From positions 248,001 through 312,000 of the IMG/VR virus record IMGVR_UViG_3300017917_001123: a DNA stretch of 64,000 nucleotides; one strand, 5' to 3'. Below are positions 56,620 to 63,179 of this stretch, in pieces; the first letter of the stretch is position 1, and each line of letters opens with the position of its first letter. Under the pieces are notes generated by a model. That model was not told the DNA's origin. It was given only the letters and a program-made list of their open reading frames with translations, and made no database searches. The position numbers and the translations under genes are program-made.

Positions 56620-56637
56620 TTCTCCTTGTGTGTATGT
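56620..56637 (-). repeat. leader repeat ACATACACACAAGGAGAA (copy 3, +1 nt)
   Basis: Same motif ahead of the 41-aa ORF. Confidence 0.8.
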
Positions 56638-56660
56638 AGCTACTCATGGTTTCTACTGAG

Positions 56661-56699
56661 TATTTAGCACATTATATGTTGCGGCCGCATAAAACACAA
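56661..56699 (-). promoter_or_regulatory. sigma70 promoter with palindromic operator in the spacer, plus late-type box
   Basis: TTGTGT (56699-56694), 17 nt, TATAAT (56676-56671); TGCGGCCGCA palindrome 56680-56689; TAAATA 56666-56661. Confidence 0.65.
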
Positions 56700-56701
56700 G
56701 T

Positions 56702-56752
56702 TTGCGTTTTGCCAAACAAGATGTTATTATAGTTGAAGTTAGCCGCTAAATA
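56702..56752 (+). promoter_or_regulatory. divergent sigma70-like promoter and late-type box
   Basis: TTGCGT (56702-56707), 17 nt, TG-t-TATTAT (56725-56730); TAAATA 56747-56752. Confidence 0.45.
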
Positions 56753-56774
56753 CCAAGTAGAAAAAGGAAATGAC

Positions 56775-57083
56775 GTGAAACGCCATACTCGAAGCTTACT
56801 AGAAGAACTTAACGATATTGCTGTCCGTAAGGACGCAGAAAGCGTTATCGAAAGTAGAGCACAGCACATTATTGACTCAGCAATTAACCTTCTCCACCTT
56901 ATACGTGAGAATTTTGATCCAGAACAAGCATACGAACTAGAGCGCCGTTTCCTTAATTCAATCAAGGGTGCTGACCCTGCTAAATTTACACGCGGTATTC
57001 GCAAGTTCCGCGATGCTAAACACTCCGATAGTCCGCTACATTCTATCGAAGAAACTGCTAAATCTGACGAAGATAGCGTCTAA
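56775..57083 (+). CDS. hypothetical protein
   Basis: GTG start 6 nt after SD AAGGA; KRHTRSLLEEL... Confidence 0.65.
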   Translation: MKRHTRSLLEELNDIAVRKDAESVIESRAQHIIDSAINLLHLIRENFDPEQAYELERRFLNSIKGADPAKFTRGIRKFRDAKHSDSPLHSIEETAKSDEDSV

Positions 57084-57118
57084 AATTCCCCCATTTGACA
57101 CGGTTTTTCCTTAACTGG

Positions 57119-57155
57119 ATAAATATTGTTACCAATGCTTCAGAGTAGAAGCGTT
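57119..57155 (+). promoter_or_regulatory. late-type promoter followed by a 5' UTR hairpin
   Basis: ATAAATA 57119-57125; AATGCTTC-agagta-GAAGCGTT stem 57134-57155; SD AAGGAG. Confidence 0.55.
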
Positions 57156-57181
57156 AGACATATCGAGTTAAGGAGAAAATT

Positions 57182-57625
57182 ATGTCAGCAGGAATTACAA
57201 GAGTAAATGGTAAGGCCGAAATCGGTGCTTCCCTAAATGTTACAGGTGAAAAGAGCTTTTTCATCGGTGGTTATCAGCCACTATTTGTTACTATCCAAAC
57301 AGTAACAGCAACTTACGACTTCACAACAAACTACGGTAACGTAAACAGCGAATTCGAACAAGTCATCCGTGCTTGCGAAACAGTTGGTACAGTAGTTGGT
57401 TATGGTAAGCCAGCAAATGCTAACTCTAGCTCAACAATGGTTGTTATCTATGATGCAGGTTCTGTAAACCAAGGTGACGGCGCAGGTGGTCAAGCTGGTG
57501 CTACAACTGGTTTTGGTGCTCTAAAGTCTGCTTTAGCAGCCGCAGGTGGTGTTACAGCTAGCGATTTCGCAGTTACAACATACACAGGCTTCTTAGGTGC
57601 CGCTTTAGCTAACAACGCATCTTAA
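57182..57625 (+). CDS. putative abundant virion structural protein
   Basis: Own promoter, strong SD and terminator; strongly biased codons (GGT, GCT, TTC, AAC). Confidence 0.55.
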   Translation: MSAGITRVNGKAEIGASLNVTGEKSFFIGGYQPLFVTIQTVTATYDFTTNYGNVNSEFEQVIRACETVGTVVGYGKPANANSSSTMVVIYDAGSVNQGDGAGGQAGATTGFGALKSALAAAGGVTASDFAVTTYTGFLGAALANNAS

Positions 57626-57644
57626 TCTAATCTAAATTAGATAC

Positions 57645-57677
57645 AAGGGCATCTTTTTTAAGGTGCCCTTTTTCTTT
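57645..57677 (+). terminator. Rho-independent terminator
   Basis: AAGGGCATC...GGTGCCCTT stem followed by a T-rich tail. Confidence 0.85.
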
Positions 57678-57708
57678 GGCTTAAATATCAGACAAGAATT
57701 GAGCCACA

Positions 57709-58125
57709 ATGCAGAGAATCAAAATAGAAACTTTAATAGATGTTACATGTTCTAGCGCCAAGCGACCTGGACAAGGTGATGCTACAGAAATGAACCAGTA
57801 TAGAAACTATACAACATTGTTACAGGCTATTGGTCTACGAGCCAACGTTTCGTTTGAAGATCCTCCAACATGCTCTGTTCAGAAATTAAACGGAAAGAAG
57901 TTTGGTACTGAATACGATGGGAAAAGTCACGCTGTTTGGACATTTGAATTTACTACCGATCGTGACGATGTTTACAATGATGGTAACGGGGAGTTATCTC
58001 TGTTAAAAGAAGATCTACACAATGTCCCAGTGGTAAGAAACTTAAAAGAAACAATAAATACAGACAAGAGCGTATTTGACCTTAAATCAGTCAAATATAG
58101 AAACACTATTGTTTCTTTAGATTAA
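57709..58125 (+). CDS. hypothetical protein
   Basis: 138-aa ORF after TAAATA (57682-57687). Confidence 0.65.
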   Translation: MQRIKIETLIDVTCSSAKRPGQGDATEMNQYRNYTTLLQAIGLRANVSFEDPPTCSVQKLNGKKFGTEYDGKSHAVWTFEFTTDRDDVYNDGNGELSLLKEDLHNVPVVRNLKETINTDKSVFDLKSVKYRNTIVSLD

Positions 58126-58137
58126 TGGAGCAAGGTA

Positions 58138-58377
58138 ATGTCCTTACAACCAACAGATATTGAAAAAGAAAATCTAGAAAGCCACGTTGAACTATGTGCT
58201 TTACGTTATGGTGAACTAGAGCGTCGCCTTAGTTCTATTGAAGACAAAGTCGGCAAATTAGCAGAAGCTATTCAAGAAAGCCGTACTAGCATGACAAAGG
58301 TATTAATTGCCACAGCTGGTACAGTAGTAGCAGGAGTACTTTCTACTCTTGTAGTTTTATTAACAAAGTCACTATAA
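58138..58377 (+). CDS. small coiled-coil protein with C-terminal transmembrane helix
   Basis: HVELCALRY.ELE.RL coiled coil; VLIATAGTVVAGVLSTLVVLL hydrophobic tail; SD GGAG. Confidence 0.6.
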   Translation: MSLQPTDIEKENLESHVELCALRYGELERRLSSIEDKVGKLAEAIQESRTSMTKVLIATAGTVVAGVLSTLVVLLTKSL

Positions 58378-58378
58378 A

Positions 58379-58801
58379 ATGCGTATCCAAGACTTACTTT
58401 CAGAAACCGCTCCAGGAACTATGGGCGTCGGAAATACAATCAAAACAGGTATGGGTTTTAATGCCGGCGCAGGAACAGGAGCAGTTTTAAAGACAATGGC
58501 GTTAAAAGGCCTAGGTCTTGGAAATACAGCTAACGCATACGCACAGCAAAAAGGTGCTATTGGCGACACAACTAATCTCGCTAAACAGACACCCCAACAA
58601 CTAGCACAAAATCTTGCTCTGAAGCCTGGATCTACAGTAGACTTAGGCAACGGACAAAAAGGTCAAATTAAAGCAATCGATCAAACTGGTGTTAAATTTG
58701 CCGACGGCACAATCTGGGGAAGTGAAAAATTAGCTACCCTGGCACAGCAACGTCAAGCACTTCAAACACTAAGTCAGCAAGGCCAACCGAAGGTTCAGTA
58801 A
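58379..58801 (+). CDS. hypothetical protein (possible internal head protein)
   Basis: MRIQDLLSE N-terminus; G/Q-rich. Confidence 0.55.
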   Translation: MRIQDLLSETAPGTMGVGNTIKTGMGFNAGAGTGAVLKTMALKGLGLGNTANAYAQQKGAIGDTTNLAKQTPQQLAQNLALKPGSTVDLGNGQKGQIKAIDQTGVKFADGTIWGSEKLATLAQQRQALQTLSQQGQPKVQ

Positions 58802-58802
58802 T

Positions 58803-59021
58803 ATGAGAATTCATCATTTGCTAGATCAGCCTTCTATTATCTTAACAAATGAAGAAAAAGAATTCATTGACGCAATGGGCAATGAAATTAGATTGAACGC
58901 ACTTAAAGAGCGCGAGCAAGTTTTAGCTCGTAACCTTGTCCGTAAGGGCGTTTATACAATAAGTAAAACAAACGAAACACTTCATTTAAGCCATGCCGAA
59001 AGTCCAAAAAGATTTAGTTGA
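58803..59021 (+). CDS. hypothetical protein
   Basis: 72-aa ORF in the operon. Confidence 0.55.
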   Translation: MRIHHLLDQPSIILTNEEKEFIDAMGNEIRLNALKEREQVLARNLVRKGVYTISKTNETLHLSHAESPKRFS

Positions 59022-59454
59022 ACGAGTTAACACCATAGCAGAACACGTTAAAGATGATCTGCGTAAAAAAGGTGTTATTGTTCCTGTCAAACAAAAAGAC
59101 GGTTCCGTACACTTTGACGATTACATAATGGTCAAAGAGTCCGACGGATACCACATCTATAAAAAGAAACTACATATTGCCGGCCCAATAAATTTGCCGC
59201 AAACTGCTATCGTTATTGCTAACGGACTAGCACTTGGTAGATTAGTAGATGACAAACTAATAGAACAAGATCGCTGGTATGGATTTAAGCTATTTGATGA
59301 AGAAGTTTACACAAAGTCAGCAAATAACAGTCTAAAAAGCAAAAACTACGACAAAGCCGACTTCTGTTTTACACGGGCTAGTATTGCTAAACAGCAAAAA
59401 GAGACTCATAAACGAGATATTATGAGTCACTTCAACCGTATCAAACTAGCTTAA
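58993..59454 (+). CDS. hypothetical protein
   Basis: 153-aa ORF in the operon. Confidence 0.6.
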   Translation: MPKVQKDLVERVNTIAEHVKDDLRKKGVIVPVKQKDGSVHFDDYIMVKESDGYHIYKKKLHIAGPINLPQTAIVIANGLALGRLVDDKLIEQDRWYGFKLFDEEVYTKSANNSLKSKNYDKADFCFTRASIAKQQKETHKRDIMSHFNRIKLA

Positions 59455-59458
59455 CGGA

Positions 59459-59466
59459 TATAAATA
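59459..59466 (+). promoter_or_regulatory. perfect T4 late consensus TATAAATA
   Basis: Intergenic, 28 nt before ATG 59495. Confidence 0.65.
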
Positions 59467-59494
59467 ACATTACTATTGATTTAGGGAAACCTTT

Positions 59495-60994
59495 ATGAGA
59501 ACGAACGATTTTACAGCACCTATCACAAGCAAACAATTGAACGAAAACATGTTCAAGAAATTCGGAGTTAAGATAAACTTCGAAAAATACGACCGCGAGC
59601 AACTAGAAAACTATCGCAATCTGCTACGTACAAAGTTACACCAGACAGAGCTTTCTAGCAATTTTAACGCTCTTTTAAGCAACGAGTCATACCAAAAAGA
59701 TAAGCACATGATGGATCTTTTAACTGCTCGTATTAAAGAGATGCTCGGCGAAGCTAAATTACCAATGAAAACCGTTAACGGTAAGAAAGTTCCAGCATTT
59801 GCAGCAGATGGCAAGGGCAAGAACGATATTGCTAAGAACAAGAAAACTAAAGAAGGTCTTGATCCAGTTGGCAAAGAAGATGATGACGTTAACAACGATG
59901 GTAAGAAAGACAAGAGTGATTCCTATTTGAAAAATCGTCGTGCGGCAGTTGCTAAGGCAGTTGCTAAGAAAGGTTCTGTTAAAGAAGGCAAAGCACATGC
60001 TTATGAAATGGCACACCGCTATGCTATGGAATACGCAAAAGCAGTTAAAGAAGGCAACCTAGATTACGCAATCGAAATGCGTGATGCTTGTGAAAGCTGG
60101 GGTGGAAAGATTAGCCACGGTGCTATGGGCGAAGCATTCCACACTCATATGGGATTAAACAATGGCCAGGCTTACAAGTGCGATGAAGGCGCAGTTGGTA
60201 TGGGCGTTGGCGGACTAGCAGGCGGAACATTAGGTAAAGCCGGAGGAGCCGCATTAGGTACAACAGTCGGCGGTCCAATTGGTGGGGTTATTGGCGCAGT
60301 TGCCGGCGATATCGCAGGAACAGCATTAGGCGCTAAAGCCGGAGACAAGTTAACTGGTGAGTCAGTTGGAGAAGGCCTAAAAGGCGGTCAGAAAAAACTT
60401 GATAAGAATAAGAACGGCAAGTTAGACGCAAAAGACATGGCAATGCTACGTGCTAGTAAGGACAAAAAAATGAAAAAAGTTAAAGAAGGTATTACAGAAT
60501 CAATCGCACGTTATATTGCTGAAGACGAAGAAGGCAAGGCAAAATCAATTACAGCCGGTCTTGATATGGTCAACGACTTTACAAGCTGGATGCAACGTAT
60601 TGCTACATACCAAACAAAGTCAATGATTGAATTAAGCGATCAGATTCGCGCTCACTTTGGTGACGCAGAAGCTCAACGCTTCAAAGAAGAAACTTATGCG
60701 GCTTTAGAAGCATCTCTAAATGCTCTAACACAAAGTCGTGAGCAACTAAGCAATTCTGTTGCTGTTCTAGCAGGCGAAGCTCCAGCTGAAGAGCCAATGG
60801 GAAGCGAGCCAGCAATGGACGCAGGTATGGACGCAGACATGGGCGGCGATATGGCAGGCGCTGAAGAAATGCCTCCAGTAGAAGACGAGTTTGGTGCCGC
60901 AGACGCTGCCGCCGGCGGTCCAGAAACAACAGGCCGCATTAAACGTGAGAGCATTGAGCGTGGTAATCGCTTAATGAAAATCTTAGGAGCATAA
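59495..60994 (+). CDS. putative prohead core/scaffold-like protein
   Basis: Charged low-complexity protein with many (I/L/V)xE sites, a central glycine zipper and an acidic M/G/D-rich tail. Confidence 0.45.
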   Translation: MRTNDFTAPITSKQLNENMFKKFGVKINFEKYDREQLENYRNLLRTKLHQTELSSNFNALLSNESYQKDKHMMDLLTARIKEMLGEAKLPMKTVNGKKVPAFAADGKGKNDIAKNKKTKEGLDPVGKEDDDVNNDGKKDKSDSYLKNRRAAVAKAVAKKGSVKEGKAHAYEMAHRYAMEYAKAVKEGNLDYAIEMRDACESWGGKISHGAMGEAFHTHMGLNNGQAYKCDEGAVGMGVGGLAGGTLGKAGGAALGTTVGGPIGGVIGAVAGDIAGTALGAKAGDKLTGESVGEGLKGGQKKLDKNKNGKLDAKDMAMLRASKDKKMKKVKEGITESIARYIAEDEEGKAKSITAGLDMVNDFTSWMQRIATYQTKSMIELSDQIRAHFGDAEAQRFKEETYAALEASLNALTQSREQLSNSVAVLAGEAPAEEPMGSEPAMDAGMDADMGGDMAGAEEMPPVEDEFGAADAAAGGPETTGRIKRESIERGNRLMKILGA

Positions 60995-61342
60995 ATGAGA
61001 CTGTTTGAGTTTGCCAATCAAGCGGCAGACGATGTTGAAACAGTTTTAAGAAATTTACTTGGGCAGGCTGATACAAATCAACAAACTGCCCAAGTTGATT
61101 ACCAAACACTCAGCAATCTGCTCAATCCCCTAGGCTACGGCGAAATGGATTACGATGCTTTTAAAGCATTACATGATGCCGACCCTGACAAATTTAAAGA
61201 CGTTGTAGCTAACTTTGACAGCGAAGGCGTTACATTAAAAACCAAAGCAGAAACCCCAGCACAAAAACTTACGCCAAGTACATCCAGCGGTAAATCCGTT
61301 GATCAAATGGCACACAACGTAGTTTCCAAAGAGTTGTCCTAA
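60995..61342 (+). CDS. hypothetical protein
   Basis: 115-aa ORF, SD GGAG; MRLFEF N-terminus. Confidence 0.6.
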   Translation: MRLFEFANQAADDVETVLRNLLGQADTNQQTAQVDYQTLSNLLNPLGYGEMDYDAFKALHDADPDKFKDVVANFDSEGVTLKTKAETPAQKLTPSTSSGKSVDQMAHNVVSKELS

Positions 61343-61370
61343 CACTAATTAGATGTTATAATTAGTGTTA
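61334..61370 (+). promoter_or_regulatory. sigma70 promoter overlapped by a perfect 12-bp inverted repeat
   Basis: TTGTCC (61334-61339), 17 nt, TG-t-TATAAT (61357-61362); TAACACTAATTA-gatgtta-TAATTAGTGTTA (61340-61370). Confidence 0.7.
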
Positions 61371-61371
61371 T

Positions 61372-62103
61372 ATGACTACAACTATAATTAACCCACCTCC
61401 ATTCGTTGAGCGTTTTCAATATAAAAACTGTAAACAAATCAACGACCCTGTAACTGGTAAGAGAGTATATGCCACACCAGACGGGGAAACACTTCCAAGC
61501 GTAACAACAATCCTTAGTGCTACTAAAGACATGACCCACCTGAATGAGTGGAAAAAGCGTGTCGGTGAAGATAACGCTAAACGCATTACGCAAGAAGCCG
61601 CAGGCATAGGCACAGCAATGCATAATAATCTAGAAAGATTTATTGCTGGACTAGATCGTATGCCGGGCAATAATCATGTTCACCAACATGCCCATAAGAT
61701 GGCTGATCAGATTATTGAGAATGGGTTAAAGTTTGTAGACGAGGTATGGGCAATCGAGCAGAGTTTATATTTCCCTGGGTTGTATTCAGGAACCACAGAC
61801 ATAGTCGGTGTGTACAAGGGCAAGCCTGCGGTAATGGATTACAAACAAACTAACAAGCCTAAGAAAGAAGAGTGGATTGAAGATTATAAGATGCAGTTGA
61901 TGGCTTATATTCTAGCACATAACGAAGTCTATGGCACAGACATTCGAGAAGGACATGTTTTTATGTGTTCAAGAGAATTCCAATATCAACACTTTGAGCT
62001 TCGTACAGAAGATTTCAACAAGTATCAAGATTTATGGTTAAGCAAAGTTGAAGAGTTTTACACAACTGGCTTAATGGGTATGAAACAATTACTAACACAA
62101 TGA
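61372..62103 (+). CDS. PD-(D/E)XK exonuclease (lambda-exo/Cas4-like fold)
   Basis: LPSVTTIL, GTAMH, AIEQSL, YSGTTD, MDYKQ, QLMAY. Confidence 0.85.
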   Translation: MTTTIINPPPFVERFQYKNCKQINDPVTGKRVYATPDGETLPSVTTILSATKDMTHLNEWKKRVGEDNAKRITQEAAGIGTAMHNNLERFIAGLDRMPGNNHVHQHAHKMADQIIENGLKFVDEVWAIEQSLYFPGLYSGTTDIVGVYKGKPAVMDYKQTNKPKKEEWIEDYKMQLMAYILAHNEVYGTDIREGHVFMCSREFQYQHFELRTEDFNKYQDLWLSKVEEFYTTGLMGMKQLLTQ

Positions 62104-62552
62104 ACGAACAACAGTTAAAAGAATTAGCAAAAGCACTGGCTCCGTACATTAGCCAAGAGTTGTTAAGTCAGCCCTCTGTTTGGGGAGATCCAAACAGACT
62201 ACATCTAGGCAACGATGTACATGTAATTAACACTTTCTTTAACTTGTCCTGCGGACATGTTTATATTGGTGACCATAGCTTTTTTGGAAACCACTGTTCC
62301 CTTCTAACAGGAACACACCCTATTGATCGTAAAAACAAGGCAAGACATCATCATCCAGACTCCGGAAACGATATTGTAATCGGACAAGGTGTGTGGATTG
62401 CTAGCCATGCGGTAGTCATCGGTCCTTGTAAAATTGGTGACCACGCTGTGATTGCGTCGGGGTCTGTGTTACTTCCGGGTGAATATGAAGGCGGGTATCT
62501 TTATGCTGGATTACCTGCTGTAGCAAAACGCAAAATAGATTTTAAGGACTAA
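62100..62552 (+). CDS. hexapeptide-repeat (LbH) O-acyltransferase
   Basis: VYIGDHSFFG, LLTGTH, IVIGQGVWIA, CKIGDHAVIASGSV, YAGLPA. Confidence 0.85.
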   Translation: MNEQQLKELAKALAPYISQELLSQPSVWGDPNRLHLGNDVHVINTFFNLSCGHVYIGDHSFFGNHCSLLTGTHPIDRKNKARHHHPDSGNDIVIGQGVWIASHAVVIGPCKIGDHAVIASGSVLLPGEYEGGYLYAGLPAVAKRKIDFKD

Positions 62553-62553
62553 T

Positions 62554-63138
62554 ATGAATTTAACACTTCAAGAAATGCTGAATAAAACTAATCAGCGTCA
62601 AATTACTTTTCAGCTAATGCTTGATCATCTTAGAAGGACTAACAATCCTCTTATCATCGAAACAGGGTGTGCTAGAGCAGAACGTCATGGCTTTGACGGC
62701 GATGGATATAGCACATTGATCTTTGATAAGTTTGTAAATGAACACGGCGGAGAATTACGCACAGTTGATATTAGTCCTGAAAGTGTAGCATGGGGTAAAT
62801 CTCAAACCAGTTCCAAAGCACAGTTTTTCTGCGAAGATAGTGTCAGTTTTCTATGGAAATTGAACAAAGAATTGGCTGAATCTGGTCGTTATATTGACCT
62901 ATTGTACTTAGACAGTTTTGACTTTGAACCAAGCAATCCGCATCCTAGCTCTTTCCACCATGTAAAAGAATTAACTGCTATCTTTAGTCGTTTGCGTCCC
63001 GGTACTATGATTGCTGTAGATGATAACTTTGGCAATGCTGAAAATCGTACAGGCAAAGGCAAATACGTTGAAGAATTCATGAAAAACATTGGTGTTCCGT
63101 TAGTTTACGATGGGTATCAATTGCTGTGGGTGCTTTAA
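62554..63138 (+). CDS. class I SAM-dependent methyltransferase (Methyltransf_24-like)
   Basis: IIETGCAR, TVDIS, EDSVSFL, IDLLYLDS, MIAVDD, GKG. Confidence 0.75.
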   Translation: MNLTLQEMLNKTNQRQITFQLMLDHLRRTNNPLIIETGCARAERHGFDGDGYSTLIFDKFVNEHGGELRTVDISPESVAWGKSQTSSKAQFFCEDSVSFLWKLNKELAESGRYIDLLYLDSFDFEPSNPHPSSFHHVKELTAIFSRLRPGTMIAVDDNFGNAENRTGKGKYVEEFMKNIGVPLVYDGYQLLWVL

Positions 63139-63150
63139 GGTAAAAGCTAG

Positions 63151-63157
63151 ATAAATA
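63151..63157 (+). promoter_or_regulatory. late-type ATAAATA box
   Basis: Intergenic, before SD AGAGGA and ATG 63180. Confidence 0.55.
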
Positions 63158-63179
63158 TCCTTGTTAAGAGGATATTTTC

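Noticed and set aside
55622-56637. CRISPR mini-array from the repeated ACATACACACAGGAGAA
   Set aside because: Only 17-18 nt, spacing of 234 and about 760 nt, intervening sequence is coding, and each copy contains an SD.
61372-62103. Cas4 / CRISPR adaptation gene
   Set aside because: Lacks the four-Cys Fe-S signature of Cas4 and has no cas context; reads as a common phage PD-(D/E)XK exonuclease.
1279-63089. Numerous 60-120-aa antisense or out-of-frame ORFs in the ORF track (e.g. 1279..1530, 28388..28861, 42725..43084, 60694..61017)
   Set aside because: They lie fully inside well-supported genes, lack SD/promoter context and motifs, and are expected shadow ORFs.
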